Positions 50,529-62,134 of a DNA stretch of 64,000 bases are shown here, piece after piece. The notes beneath the pieces are model-generated. The model saw only the letters and a list, made by a program, of their open reading frames with translations, was not told the DNA's origin and ran no database searches. Location of the stretch: positions 4,224,001-4,288,000 of the forward strand of contig CAVYRF010000002.1 in the NCBI GenBank assembly GCA_963770895.1. Reading direction: 5' to 3'. A program made the position numbers and the translations under genes. The stretch is from an uncultured Acidobacteriota bacterium (GTDB lineage Bacteria; Acidobacteriota; Thermoanaerobaculia; Multivoradales; UBA5704). The first letter of the stretch is position 1, and each line of letters begins with the position of its first letter.

Positions 50529-52666
50529 GCGCCCCTGACTCCGCATCTGCCGAAGCCTGTCCTGCGAGCGGTGCTGCGCGCACGCCCGACCAGGACCGAC
50601 CTTTGCGAATGGGCACTGGCATGGGACCTCATCGCAACCGGCCCGGTGCTGCCCCGGCAGCCGAGGTGCAGGGGACATGCACCAAGCGTCCACCGTTGGG
50701 CCTGGCGCTTTCCCTTTTGCGGCTCACCATGGGGTGGTCTCAAACCGATCTTTCCAAGGCCAGCGGCATCGTGATCAGCCAGATATCGCAATACGAAACG
50801 GGCAAAGCACGTTTGACTCAGGCTCGCTTTCATCACTTCGCCGCGGTGATGGGCGCCGCGGAGGGACTGGGCGAGTGCGCAGTAGCGACCTGCGCGCTGT
50901 TGTCTGCCGTATCCAGCCCGGCGGACTCTGTTTCGCCAGGCGGTCTTTCCCGCGACGAGCGGCAGCAGGTCAACGAGTTCACATTAAAAATGTTGCCTGC
51001 GCTGGCGGAACTTGTGCAGGAGCACGCCTCCGCAACGATCCTGATGCGGCGCGCCGAAGTGGCGCAGCTGGAAGCAGATGCACATTGGCGAGTGCTGGTG
51101 ACGCTCAGCCAAAGGGAACGGCGTCAACGATTGGAAACCGCTCTGCCTCTACAAACCTGGGCCATGTGCCTGCGCCTGTGCGACGCGAGCGTCGCCGCCG
51201 GTGCTCACAGTGTCACAGAATCCATGCAGCTTGCTGAGCTGTCCTTGCGTGCGGCCCAACTGGCGCAGGGTGACGCTGGCGGGCTGCTGCGCTTGCAGGG
51301 CTACGCACGCGCATTCCTTGCAAATGCTCATCGGCTATGGGGAGATCTGGCGGCGGCCGATGCCGAGTTCGCTGCGGCAACGGGACAGTGGGGTGAAGGT
51401 AATCAGGCCGCGGAATACACGCTTCCGGAATGGCGGCTCCTCGACTTGGAATCATCGCTCCGCCTTGCCCAAAAGGCTTGGCCTGCCACGGTGCGACTGC
51501 TCGACCGGGCCATTGCTCTTGCTCCCGCAAGCGAAATTGGCCGGCTGCTGGTCAAGAAAGCGACGGCTTTACGGCTCGCCGGCCAGGTCGACGATGCGCT
51601 CGCTTCGCTGGACGCGGCGGCGCCCCTGGTCGCGTCGCTGCCAGAAGTGCAGTGGATGGTGCAGTATCACCAGGTTGCGTGTTTGTGCCAGACAGGGCGC
51701 TATCGAGAGGCCGGCGAGTGCCTGCAGACCGTAGGTGGTGCGCTTGCCGGCGAGTCTACTTTGGAAATCATCAGGCGATTGTGGCTGACGGCACGCGTGA
51801 CCGCGGGCCAGGGCGATCGGCGACAAGCGATCGCCGATTTGGAATGGGTGCGTAGGGAACTCATGCCGTTCGCCGCTCGCTACGAGTCAGTCCTGGTGTC
51901 GATCGAGCTGGCGATTTTCCACCTCGACGATAGAGAGTGGAGCTCGAAGATTCGCGGCTTGGTGCAAGACATCTTGGAAACAGTGAAATCAAGATGGGGC
52001 TCGCGAGGCCTGGCAGCCAGCCTTGGTGAGTTATGTCAGTCGGCTGAGAAGCTATGGCAGCTGCACGAAGACCTGGAGCTTTTGAGGGTGGAGGACTGGG
52101 TCTTCGAACCCTTGACGACGGACGGTAGCGAGCACAGGGCGCACATCCCCCGCTTGGAACAGGCCGATACGGTCTCGATTCGCGACGAATTGAGCGTCCT
52201 GGTGCGCCTTTTGCGCGCAGTCCCTGGGTTTAGCCAGGACGCGATGGGCGCCAGAGCGTCGATCGACCGCACTACGATCAGCCGCTACGAGACCGGCGAC
52301 ATGATCCCCTCGCGGGCGCATCTCGCGCGCCTGGGCGATGCTGCCGGTATTTCACTGCCGTTTTTGGAGGGCGTGTTGCTGCCGGTAGTCCGCCTTATGT
52401 GCGTGAAGAGGGCCTGTTTGCACAGATCCTGGTTGCTGGCACAGCAAGCTGATGAGGTGGCTGCCGCGTTCGATCGGCAAATGGTGGCGACCCTGCGCGC
52501 AGGCATCGCCACGTTTGCAGCGGCGCTCCGGTGTCGGCCTGCTGTTGCTGCTCAACCAGGCCGGACACCGCCAGCCGGGTTGGGTTGCGCTAAGGCTGGC
52601 GAGTGGGCTGGCCCGGCTGGGCCAGCTGGGCCAGGAGGTCGCGCCAGGCGTGGCCGCGGTGGCTGA
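50525..52666 (+). CDS. XRE-HTH, TPR-like region and second XRE-HTH (paralogue C)
   Basis: GTGA overlap. N-terminal HTH LSLLRLTMGWSQTDLSKASG..ISQYETG, LPEWRLLDLESSLR, and C-terminal HTH LVRLLRAVPGFSQDAMGARAS..ISRYETG. Confidence 0.75.
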   Translation: MSAPDSASAEACPASGAARTPDQDRPLRMGTGMGPHRNRPGAAPAAEVQGTCTKRPPLGLALSLLRLTMGWSQTDLSKASGIVISQISQYETGKARLTQARFHHFAAVMGAAEGLGECAVATCALLSAVSSPADSVSPGGLSRDERQQVNEFTLKMLPALAELVQEHASATILMRRAEVAQLEADAHWRVLVTLSQRERRQRLETALPLQTWAMCLRLCDASVAAGAHSVTESMQLAELSLRAAQLAQGDAGGLLRLQGYARAFLANAHRLWGDLAAADAEFAAATGQWGEGNQAAEYTLPEWRLLDLESSLRLAQKAWPATVRLLDRAIALAPASEIGRLLVKKATALRLAGQVDDALASLDAAAPLVASLPEVQWMVQYHQVACLCQTGRYREAGECLQTVGGALAGESTLEIIRRLWLTARVTAGQGDRRQAIADLEWVRRELMPFAARYESVLVSIELAIFHLDDREWSSKIRGLVQDILETVKSRWGSRGLAASLGELCQSAEKLWQLHEDLELLRVEDWVFEPLTTDGSEHRAHIPRLEQADTVSIRDELSVLVRLLRAVPGFSQDAMGARASIDRTTISRYETGDMIPSRAHLARLGDAAGISLPFLEGVLLPVVRLMCVKRACLHRSWLLAQQADEVAAAFDRQMVATLRAGIATFAAALRCRPAVAAQPGRTPPAGLGCAKAGEWAGPAGPAGPGGRARRGRGG

Positions 52667-53174
52667 GGCGGTCTTTTTCGGCGTCGGTCAGCTCGCCGAA
52701 GGTGCGGTCGTGGCCCTGGGGGGCAAAGACCGGGTCCCAGCCGAAGCCCGCGGCGCCGCGGGGCGGCAGCACCAGGGTGCCGGCGGCGGCGCCTTGCGCG
52801 ATCAGGGTGCGGTCGGGGTCGCGGTAGTAGAGGGCGCAGCGGGCGACGGCGCGCGGGTCGCCGAGCGCCAGACCGACGCGGGCCAGGGTCTGGGCGCCGG
52901 CGGCGTCCAGCATCCATTTGACCAGCGGACCGGGGAAGCCGCCCAGCGCCGCCAGGTCGAAGCCGGCCTCCTCGACGATCAGCGGGCGCTCCAGCCGGCG
53001 CCATGCTTCGTCGCCCTTGTGGCGCAACACTTCCAGCAGGTCCAGCGACTGCATCTCCGGCAGGTCCATGGCGACGGCCGCCAGGCCGGGGCCGGCGATG
53101 CGGCGCGCCTCTGCGAGCTTGCCGCGGTTGCCGGTTACCAGGACGTAGGGAAGAGGCTGCGGCGCCGTGCTCAT
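52590..53174 (-). CDS. rdgB: Non-canonical purine NTP pyrophosphatase (RdgB/HAM1)
   Basis: VTGNRGKLAE, GFPGP, GFGWDPVF and KDRLSHRG. Confidence 0.9.
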   Translation of the reverse strand: MSTAPQPLPYVLVTGNRGKLAEARRIAGPGLAAVAMDLPEMQSLDLLEVLRHKGDEAWRRLERPLIVEEAGFDLAALGGFPGPLVKWMLDAAGAQTLARVGLALGDPRAVARCALYYRDPDRTLIAQGAAAGTLVLPPRGAAGFGWDPVFAPQGHDRTFGELTDAEKDRLSHRGHAWRDLLAQLAQPGQPTRQP

Positions 53175-53264
53175 GGGCGACCGTCTCCAGCCGTGCCTGC
53201 CGCTGCCGCGTTCATGGGCAGCCGTCTCCAGCCGTGCCTGCCAATGCCGCGCTCATCAGCGACC
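53164..53264. repeat. 41-bp tandem repeat (about 2.5 copies) between coaE and rdgB
   Basis: CCGTCTCCAGCCGTGCCTGCC recurs at 53181 and 53222. Each unit carries a minus-strand GGAG plus ATGA. Confidence 0.88.
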
Positions 53265-53930
53265 TTCCGTGTCCATCCGCGCCGGTGCAGGACTGGCCGC
53301 GGCGTGCCGCAGGTCTGCCAGCAGGTCCTGGAATTGGTGGCGCAGGGCGTCCATGTCGCCGCTGTTGTCGATCACGCGATGGGCGCCGCGCAGGCGGGCA
53401 CTGCCGTCGCCTTGGGCTGCAAGGCGGGCGCGCGCTGAAGCTTCGGGCAGGCCGCGGGCGACGGCGCGGTGCAGGCGCACGTCGGGGTCGGCCTCCACGG
53501 TGACGATCACGTCGAAACCCGGCCCGTAGCCCGCTTCGACCAGCAGCGTCGCTTCCAGGACCACGATCAGCGGCCCTGCGGCGGCGGACGGGCGTCCGCC
53601 CGCGTCCGCCGCGGCCTCGACCTGGGCGACGAGATCTTCGAAACGGTGGCGGACGAGGGGGTGGACGGCGGCTTCCAGCCGGCGGCGGGCGTCGTCGTCG
53701 GCGAATACGCGGGCGGCGACGGCGGCGTGATCGACCGCGCCGTCGGGGGTCAGGGCGGCTGGGCCGAACAGCTGACGCACGGCGGCGGCACCGGCGCCGC
53801 CGGGCCGGTAGAGGTCGGCGACCAGGCGGTCGGCGTCGATCACCACGCAACCCGCGTCGCGCATCCATCCGGCGATGGTGGACTTGCCGCTGCCCAGGCC
53901 GCCGGTCAAGCCGACCCGGTAGGCTTTCAC
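53256..53930 (-). CDS. coaE: Dephospho-CoA kinase
   Basis: VGLTGGLGSGKST, IDAD, LEAAVHPLV and VIDNSG. Confidence 0.92.
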   Translation of the reverse strand: MKAYRVGLTGGLGSGKSTIAGWMRDAGCVVIDADRLVADLYRPGGAGAAAVRQLFGPAALTPDGAVDHAAVAARVFADDDARRRLEAAVHPLVRHRFEDLVAQVEAAADAGGRPSAAAGPLIVVLEATLLVEAGYGPGFDVIVTVEADPDVRLHRAVARGLPEASARARLAAQGDGSARLRGAHRVIDNSGDMDALRHQFQDLLADLRHAAASPAPARMDTEGR

Positions 53931-54035
53931 CGCCGCACCCCGGCGCTCACCGCCCCACCCCTTGCCGCACGCGGAGACCTGGCGCCGGTGCTGGATTTGA
54001 CACGCGGCAGGGGCGGCACCTGGGCGCCCTGGCGG

Positions 54036-54959
54036 TCACCGCGGCAGGCCCTGGCGCTGGCGGGCGGCGGCCAGGGTGTTGACCAGGAGCATGGCGACGG
54101 TGAGGGGGCCGACGCCGCCGGGCACCGGGGTGATGGCGCCGGCCAGGGGGGCGACGCGGGTGAAGTCGACGTCGCCGACCAGGACCGAGCCCTTGGTCTG
54201 CCACTGCTCCAGGCGTTTGGCGTCGCCGGGAAAGAGGCGCTCCACCGCGTGGCGGTCGGTCAGGCGGTTGATGCCGACGTCGATGACCACGGCTCCCGGC
54301 TTGACGTGCTCGGCGCTGAGGATGGCGGGGCGGCCGATGGCGGCGACCAGGATGTCGGCCTGGCGGGTGACCTCGGCGAGATCGGCGGTGCGCGAATGAC
54401 AGATGGTGACGGTGCAGTTTTCGCGCAGCAGGAGGGCGGCCATCGGCTTGCCGACGGTGGGGCTGCGGCCGACCACCACGGCGCGGCGGCCGGCGAGCGG
54501 CACCTGGCTGCGGCGCAACAGCTCCAGGATGCCGTAGGGGGTGGCGGGCACGAAGCCCGGCTCGTCGAGCCAGAGGCGGCCGGCGTTGAGGGGGTGGAAG
54601 CCGTCGACGTCCTTTTCGGCGGCGACGCGGCTGATGACCCGCCGTTCGTCGATGCCGCGCGGCAGCGGCAGCTGCACCAGGATGCCGTCGATGGCGTCGT
54701 CGGCGTTGAGCTGATCCACCAGCGCCAGCAGGTCGGTTTCGGTCATGGTGGCCGGGTGGCGCAGGGTGCGGCTGACGATGCCGACTTCGGCGGAGGCCTT
54801 CACCTTGCTGCCGACGTAGACCTGCGACGCGGGGTTGTCGCCCACCAGCACGGCCGCCAGGCCCGGTGCGCGGCCGCCGCCCGCGGTCAGCCTGGCGACG
54901 CCTGCGGCAACTTCGGCGCGGATGGTGGCGGCGGCGGCTTTGCCGTCAAGGATGTTCAC
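54036..54959 (-). CDS. folD: Methylenetetrahydrofolate dehydrogenase/cyclohydrolase
   Basis: [34 protein letters not shown] and [14 protein letters not shown] start with GGAGG RBS. Confidence 0.95.
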   Translation of the reverse strand: MNILDGKAAAATIRAEVAAGVARLTAGGGRAPGLAAVLVGDNPASQVYVGSKVKASAEVGIVSRTLRHPATMTETDLLALVDQLNADDAIDGILVQLPLPRGIDERRVISRVAAEKDVDGFHPLNAGRLWLDEPGFVPATPYGILELLRRSQVPLAGRRAVVVGRSPTVGKPMAALLLRENCTVTICHSRTADLAEVTRQADILVAAIGRPAILSAEHVKPGAVVIDVGINRLTDRHAVERLFPGDAKRLEQWQTKGSVLVGDVDFTRVAPLAGAITPVPGGVGPLTVAMLLVNTLAAARQRQGLPR

Positions 54960-56011
54960 CCGTCGGTCCTCCTGTGCGAAAGGGGCCGCACCGGCGCGGC
55001 CGCATAGGCGATTGCCGCCGCGCCGGCGCCGCCGGATCGCGACGGCGGCGATTGCAGCGATTGCAGCGATGGCTGCACGGTGGCGGGCGGCGCCAGCTTG
55101 GGGATGGCGCCCGAATACAGGCAGACGATGCCCCCGGAAAGATCTTGCCACGCCAGGTCGTCGAACCCGGCGGCCGCCATGCGGTCCAGGAAGCCCTGCC
55201 GCTGGGGGAAGGCCAGGACGGAGCTCGGCAGGTAGTCGTAGGCCGAGCTGCTGTCGGAGACCAGCCGCCCGAGCAGCGGCAGCAGCCGGCGGAAGTAGAA
55301 CAGGTAGAGCGCCCGCAGCGGCTGCAGGCGCGGCACGGCGAACTCCAGTACCTGCAGCCGCGCGCCGGGGGCGAGGACGATCGCCAGCTGGACCAGCGCC
55401 GCGTCCAGGTCGACCACGTTGCGCAGCCCGAACGCCACCGTCGCGCCGGCAAAGCGCCCCGGCGGGAACGGCAGCGCCAGCGCGTCCGCCGCCAGCGGCG
55501 CCGGCCGCGGCGCGCCCAGCCGCGCCAGCTTGGGCCGCGCCAGGGCGAGCATCGGCAGGCAGAAGTCGGCCGCCGCCACGCGCGCCCCCCGCCGCCGCAG
55601 CGCCACGGCCTGGTCGCCGGTACCGCAGCACAGGTCGAGCAGCAGCGCCTGGCCCCCGGTTCCCGCCGCGGTCGCCGCCGGCAGGCCGGCCGCAGCCGCC
55701 GCCGCGGCCCGGCGCCGCCAGGCCAGGTCGAGGCCGGCTGAAAGCAGGTGATTGAGCAGATCGTAGCGGCGCGCCACCTTGCCGAACATCGCCTGGATCG
55801 CCGTGCTCGACTTGTCGAGCGCGGGACCGGGGGCGCCGGCCGTGGCGCCCGTGCCTATGGCAGTGCCAGGACCGGGCGCACCGGCCGCGGCCGATGTGCC
55901 CATCGCGGTGGCAGGACCTGCCGCGGCGCCGCCGCCAGCTCCAGCCGGCCTTGCCTGAGCCTCCGCGCCGCCGGCTCCTGGCGCGGTGATCGTGGGGGGC
56001 GCTTCGCGCAT
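54956..56011 (-). CDS. ubiE: Ubiquinone/menaquinone C-methyltransferase (UbiE/MenG)
   Basis: [37 protein letters not shown] and AYDYLPSS. Confidence 0.9.
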   Translation of the reverse strand: MREAPPTITAPGAGGAEAQARPAGAGGGAAAGPATAMGTSAAAGAPGPGTAIGTGATAGAPGPALDKSSTAIQAMFGKVARRYDLLNHLLSAGLDLAWRRRAAAAAAAGLPAATAAGTGGQALLLDLCCGTGDQAVALRRRGARVAAADFCLPMLALARPKLARLGAPRPAPLAADALALPFPPGRFAGATVAFGLRNVVDLDAALVQLAIVLAPGARLQVLEFAVPRLQPLRALYLFYFRRLLPLLGRLVSDSSSAYDYLPSSVLAFPQRQGFLDRMAAAGFDDLAWQDLSGGIVCLYSGAIPKLAPPATVQPSLQSLQSPPSRSGGAGAAAIAYAAAPVRPLSHRRTDG

Positions 56012-56218
56012 GGCCCCAGTCTACCGAGAAAGCGGCTCGCGCGTGGGCGCAGGGGCAGGCGGTGCGCCGCCGGGTGCGCGCGGCCGGACGTCGGGCGGCG
56101 GCGGCCGCCGGCTGCCTTGCGGCCGCCGCCGGCTTGTCGTGGGGCTGTCGCGACGGTTGTCTACAGTGGGGGAGAGGGGAAGACTCACCTTCCTCGCCAG
56201 CATCCTGGAGAATCCCAC

Positions 56219-56425
56219 ATGGCGCACAAGCACGAGGCGACGGAGCATCACTTGAACGCGGCGGAGCACCACACCAAGGCGGCCGAGCACCACCACCATG
56301 CGGCTCGCCACCACGAGGCGGGCGATCACGCAACGGCGCGGGAGCACGCGGTCAAGGCCCACGAGCACGCCACCCACGCTCACGAGCACTCCGGCGACGC
56401 CCACGAAGCCTCTCACGAGGAGTAG
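56219..56425 (+). CDS. Small His-rich protein (68 aa, 21 His)
   Basis: GGAG RBS; [37 protein letters not shown]... Confidence 0.8.
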   Translation: MAHKHEATEHHLNAAEHHTKAAEHHHHAARHHEAGDHATAREHAVKAHEHATHAHEHSGDAHEASHEE

Positions 56426-56609
56426 CAGCAACCCGCCGGCGGCGCCCTCCGGCACCTGCCGCTCCCGCGGCGCGTGCCGGAGAGCCCGCTGGTGACAGCT
56501 TTCTCTCCGAGGTCCGTCTCCCCCTTCGACGTCGGCCGCCCGCTCGCCGGCCCCCAGGTCCAGCATCGTCGGAAACAGGCGGCGGTCGGCGGCAAGCGAC
56601 GGCAGACGC

Positions 56610-56638
56610 TTGACAGCTGCGGTGAGTTCGCCTAACAT
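56610..56638 (+). promoter_or_regulatory. Sigma70-type promoter of the rplM operon
   Basis: TTGACA (56610-56615), 17-nt spacer, TAACAT (56633-56638). Confidence 0.75.
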
Positions 56639-56752
56639 TCGGGGTCCTTTGCGTCGCAAGGGCGGGTGTCCCTCGCCGTGGCGCTTTGGCTGCCCGAAGC
56701 CCGCGACGGACCTCACGCCCGCTTCCTAGGGAATGGATGGAGAGACCTGGAG

Positions 56753-57199
56753 ATGTTGAAAAGAACGTACAGTCCCAAGCTTGCCGAGATCGAGCATCAC
56801 TGGCACGTGCTCGACGCCGCGGAGGTGCCGCTGGGGCGGCTCTGCTCGCTGGCGGCTCAGCTGCTGATGGGAAAGCACAAGCCGGGCTTTGCGACGCATA
56901 TCGATACCGGCGACTTCGTGATCGTGATCAACGCCGAAAAGGCCAACCTCAGCGGTCGCAAGGAAGACGACAAGATCTATTTCCGCCACACCGGGTATCC
57001 GGGTGGCTTGAAGCAGGAAACGGCAGGCAAGCTGCGCCACCGGCGTCCGACCCAGCTGGTCGAGCGCGCGGTCTGGGGGATGCTTCCCAAGACCCGCCTG
57101 GGGCGGCAGCAGCTGCGCAAGCTGAAGGTGTACGCGGGCGCCGATCACCCGCACCAGGCGCAGCAGCCCAAGCCGCTGGACGTGGCGGCGTCGATTTAG
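56753..57199 (+). CDS. rplM: 50S ribosomal protein L13
   Basis: [32 protein letters not shown] and HPHQAQQP. Confidence 0.97.
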   Translation: MLKRTYSPKLAEIEHHWHVLDAAEVPLGRLCSLAAQLLMGKHKPGFATHIDTGDFVIVINAEKANLSGRKEDDKIYFRHTGYPGGLKQETAGKLRHRRPTQLVERAVWGMLPKTRLGRQQLRKLKVYAGADHPHQAQQPKPLDVAASI

Positions 57200-57233
57200 C
57201 CTTGCCTTTCAGGACCTTCGAGGAGACGGCAGA

Positions 57234-57626
57234 GTGAGCCAAACGCAGAACTACGGGACCGGCCGGCGCAAGACCGCCGCGGCGCGCATCTATCTGCGCC
57301 CCGGCACGGGATTGGTGCAGGTCAACGGCCGCACCCTGGACGACTATTTCCCCAACGAAGTGCTGAAGATGGTCATCAAGCAGCCGTTGCTGCTCACCGA
57401 GACGGCGGAAAAGTTCGACATCGTCGCCACCGTCGAAGGCGGCGGCAGCGCGGGTCAGGCCGGCGCCATCCGGCATGGCATCTCGCGCGCCCTGATGGAG
57501 TACAACGGCGAGCTGCGTGACCGCCTCAAGTCGGCCGGCCTTGTGACCCGCGATCCGCGTAAGAAGGAGCGCAAGAAGTACGGCCAGAAGGGCGCCCGCG
57601 CGCGGTTCCAGTTCAGCAAGCGTTGA
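57234..57626 (+). CDS. rpsI: 30S ribosomal protein S9
   Basis: [21 protein letters not shown] and [16 protein letters not shown]. Confidence 0.97.
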   Translation: MSQTQNYGTGRRKTAAARIYLRPGTGLVQVNGRTLDDYFPNEVLKMVIKQPLLLTETAEKFDIVATVEGGGSAGQAGAIRHGISRALMEYNGELRDRLKSAGLVTRDPRKKERKKYGQKGARARFQFSKR

Positions 57627-57711
57627 TCGCGCCGCAGCTTTTTTACTCTGCACGACGAGCGCGGCGCAGGCCCTTGCGGCCACGCGCGAGCGCTGACGAA
57701 GGAGACCAGGC

Positions 57712-58497
<786 letters not shown>

Positions 58498-58751
58498 TGA
58501 CGGCGAACCTCTGACACGGTAAGCCCCACATCGGGCGCCGGCCGCCATCCGCGGCATGAGCGCGTTGCGAAGAGGTCAGTCGAACGCCGCGTCGAACTGA
58601 CCTTTTCTTTTGTCAGGCCCATGGTTTGGGGTAGGGGCCGCCGGCGCCTTGCCAGGGCCGCGGGCGCTGGGTCCAGGCTGCCGGCGCTTGGGCAGGCCCG
58701 CCGGCGCGCCACGGGTCGGATTGTGCGTAGTACTTAAGGAGAGAGAAGACG

Positions 58752-59395
<644 letters not shown>

Positions 59396-59399
<4 letters not shown>

Positions 59400-60124
59400 G
59401 CGAGGCCGGGGGGCGGTCGATCTACGGCCGCATCCTGCTCAAGCTGTCGGGGGAGGCCCTGATGGGGCCGCAGTCGTTCGGCATCCACGAGCCGGTGGTG
59501 GCGGCGATCGCCGACGAGCTGCGCGACCTCCATACGCTGGACGTCGAGCCCGCGATCGTCGTCGGCGGCGGTAATATCATCCGTGGGTTGGCCGCCAGCC
59601 ACCGCGGGATCGACCGCGTGACCGGCGATTACATGGGGATGCTGGCCACGGTGATCAACGCCTTGGCGCTGCAGGACGCGCTGGAAAAGCGGGGGGTGCC
59701 GACGCGGGTGCAGACGGCGATCGACATCCGCGAGGTGGCCGAGCCGTTCATCCGGCGGCGCGCCATCCGCCACCTGGAAAAGAAGCGGGTGGTGATCTTC
59801 GCCGCCGGCACCGGCAACCCGTTCTTCACCACCGACAGCGCCGCGGCGCTGCGCGCCAACGAGATCCACGCCGAGGTGCTGCTCAAGGCGACCAAGGTGG
59901 ACGGCGTGTACACCGCCGATCCCGAGGTGGACAAGAACGCGGTGCTGTTGCGCGAGCTGACCTATCACGAGGTGCTGGAAAAGGACCTCAAGGTGATGGA
60001 CACGGCGGCGATCAGCCTCTGTCGCGACAACGGCATTCCCATCGCCATCTTCAACCTGATGACCCCCGGCAACATCCGCCGGGTGGTCTGCGGCGAACGG
60101 GTGGGCTCCATCGTACGAGCCTGA
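59396..60124 (+). CDS. pyrH: Uridylate kinase
   Basis: [30 protein letters not shown] and KVDGVY. Confidence 0.97.
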
Positions 60125-60142
60125 CCTGGGGCAGGAGGCACT

Positions 60143-60697
60143 ATGAAAGAGCTCTTTCAAGAAATCGACACGCACATGAAGCACGCGCTGGACCATCTCC
60201 ATCACGAGCTCAAGCACCTGCGCACCGGCCGCGCCTCGCTGGCGCTGCTGGAAGGGGTGTTTGTCGACTACTACGGCAGCAAGGTGCCGCTCAATCAGGT
60301 CGCCAACCTCGCCGTGGCGGACGCGGCGATGATCACCGCGCAGCCGTACGATCCCAGCCAGACGTCCGCCATCGAGCGCGCGATCATGAAGGCCGAGCTG
60401 GGGCTGAACCCGTCGAGCGACGGCAAGATCATCCGCATCCCGGTGCCGCAGCTGACCGAAGACCGGCGCAAGGAGATCGCCAAGAAGGCGCACGACCAGG
60501 CCGAGCACGCCCGCAACAGCGTGCGCCAGGCGCGGCGGGACGGCAACGACAAGCTCAAGAAGATGGAGAAGGACAAGCAGGTCAGCCAGGACGACGAGCA
60601 CCGCGGCCTGGACGAGATCCAGAAGCTGCACGACCGTTACATCCACGAGATCGGCGCCGCTCTGGAGAAGAAAGAGCAGCAGATCATGGAGCGCTGA
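60143..60697 (+). CDS. frr: Ribosome recycling factor
   Basis: LRTGRAS, VDYYG, LGLNPSSDG and PQLTEDRRKE. Confidence 0.97.
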   Translation: MKELFQEIDTHMKHALDHLHHELKHLRTGRASLALLEGVFVDYYGSKVPLNQVANLAVADAAMITAQPYDPSQTSAIERAIMKAELGLNPSSDGKIIRIPVPQLTEDRRKEIAKKAHDQAEHARNSVRQARRDGNDKLKKMEKDKQVSQDDEHRGLDEIQKLHDRYIHEIGAALEKKEQQIMER

Positions 60698-60703
60698 GCG
60701 GCC

Positions 60704-61561
60704 ATGCGGGACGGCCGGCGCCCGGCCATGGTCCTGTACGGCTATCACCCCGTCCGCGAGGCGCTGCGCCACCGGCCGCAGCAGGTGGCGCGCGTCCTGG
60801 TCAGCGCCTCGCGCCTGGGGCGCCGGCGCGCCGAAATCGAAGACCTCTGCGGGCGCCACCGCATCCCCCTGGAAGTCGTTGCCGACCGGGCGCTGGCCGC
60901 CCTGGCCGGCCCCGCTCACAACGGCATGGCCGCCGAGCTGCGGCGCGGCGACGCTGTGGCGGGATCCGCCGCGACGGCGACGGCGGCGGCGGCAGGCGGG
61001 AGCGACGCGCCGGCCGGTGCCGGGCCACAGGAGGATTCCAGGGAGAGCGTTGGCGCTGCCGCAGGGGCCGATTCGACGCTGGTGGTGCTGCTCGAGGACG
61101 TGCAGGACCCGCGCAACCTGGGCGCCGTGTTGCGGGTCTGCGAGGGGGCGGGTGTGGGGCAGGTGCTGATCCGTGATCGCGGCTCGGCGCCGATCACCGC
61201 CGCCGTCGCCAAGACCGCCGCCGGCGCCAGCGAATGGCTGGCGATCGAGCGCATCACCAACTCCGCCGCCACCCTGGAAGCGATGAAGCAGGACGGCTTC
61301 TGGGTCTACGGCACCGACCCCGCCGGGGCGCCGCCGTGGCAGATCGACCTGACCGGCAAGGTGGTGCTCTGCTTCGGCGGCGAGGAGCGCGGCCTGCGCG
61401 CCCGCACCCGCTCGCTGTGCGACGCCACCGTGGGCCTGCCGATGCGCGGCCGGCTGGGCTCGCTCAACATCGCCACCGCCGCCGCCGCCGTCCTGTACGA
61501 CGCCGTGCGCCAGCGCCTGGACGCCGCGGCGGCCGCCGCCGCCGGCCGCGGCCGCCGCTGA
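60704..61561 (+). CDS. rlmB: 23S rRNA 2'-O-methyltransferase (RlmB/TrmH family)
   Basis: YGYHPVREAL, DVQDPRNLGA, GGEERGL and SLNIATA. Confidence 0.85.
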   Translation: MRDGRRPAMVLYGYHPVREALRHRPQQVARVLVSASRLGRRRAEIEDLCGRHRIPLEVVADRALAALAGPAHNGMAAELRRGDAVAGSAATATAAAAGGSDAPAGAGPQEDSRESVGAAAGADSTLVVLLEDVQDPRNLGAVLRVCEGAGVGQVLIRDRGSAPITAAVAKTAAGASEWLAIERITNSAATLEAMKQDGFWVYGTDPAGAPPWQIDLTGKVVLCFGGEERGLRARTRSLCDATVGLPMRGRLGSLNIATAAAAVLYDAVRQRLDAAAAAAAGRGRR

Positions 61562-61733
61562 CGCGCGGGCGCCGCGCCGCCGCCCCCGCGTGGGACGGGC
61601 CGGCACGCTCTGTTCGTCGCTCGGCATGCCGCTCTGCATCCCGCGCTGCATCCGATATCATGAGCCGCTGGCGGAGCGGTCGCTGCGCGCGCCGGCCGGC
61701 ACGGCGCGACGCGCTGCGGGAGCGGGCTGACGC

Positions 61734-62099
61734 ATGAGCATGCAAGCGAGCGATCGCGCATCCAGGATGCGCCTGGCAAGCAAGGTGATCCTGATCGTCG
61801 GTATCGCCGCCGGGGTGGCGATCTTTCTGCGCGCCAGCCTGGCGACCGCGGACCCCGCCGGGCTTCAGCTCGACGACACCAAGCAGTACATGCGCCAGAT
61901 GGAGCTGTACGGTGGCAAGGCCAACGTCATGGCCAGCGACCTGCGCGAATGGCTCGGCAGCCTGTGGCACGGCAAGCGCCTGGGCGCGACCGTCGCCGTG
62001 CTCTCCGCCCTGGCCGCCGGCGCCGTACGCTTCGCCGCCATCCCGCTGCCGCCCCTCGACGGCGGCGACTCCGCCGAATCCACCGAGTCCGCAGACTAA
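61734..62099 (+). CDS. Small membrane hypothetical protein
   Basis: Two TM segments flanking KQYMRQMELYGGKANV..WLGSLWHGKRL. Confidence 0.65.
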   Translation: MSMQASDRASRMRLASKVILIVGIAAGVAIFLRASLATADPAGLQLDDTKQYMRQMELYGGKANVMASDLREWLGSLWHGKRLGATVAVLSALAAGAVRFAAIPLPPLDGGDSAESTESAD

Positions 62100-62134
62100 C
62101 CAAGCTAACCAAGCGAACCAAGCTGAGGTGACGC

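Larger units (their letters stand above)
41897..52600. mobile_element. Putative genomic-island-like accessory block between argF and rdgB (no integrase seen)
   Basis: Visibly more A/T and weaker GC3 bias than the flanks (qualitative), a TA remnant, paralogous genes, gene fragments at the left edge, and a 3' overlap with rdgB at the right edge. Confidence 0.45.

Noticed and set aside
41897-52600. Prophage or integrative element call
   Set aside because: No integrase, transposase, phage structural gene, tRNA or flanking direct repeat could be seen; kept only as island-like.
53164-53264. Possible CRISPR or REP element
   Set aside because: Head-to-tail units with no unique spacers and no palindrome; not seen elsewhere in the window.
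56640-56752. L13 leader RNA (also an S2 leader at 57627-57711)
   Set aside because: Hairpins are possible, but no consensus can be verified by eye; needs an Rfam/Infernal search.
62094-62127. 9-bp repeats CAAGC[TG]AAC between two genes
   Set aside because: About three copies only; looks like local slippage with no evidence of function.
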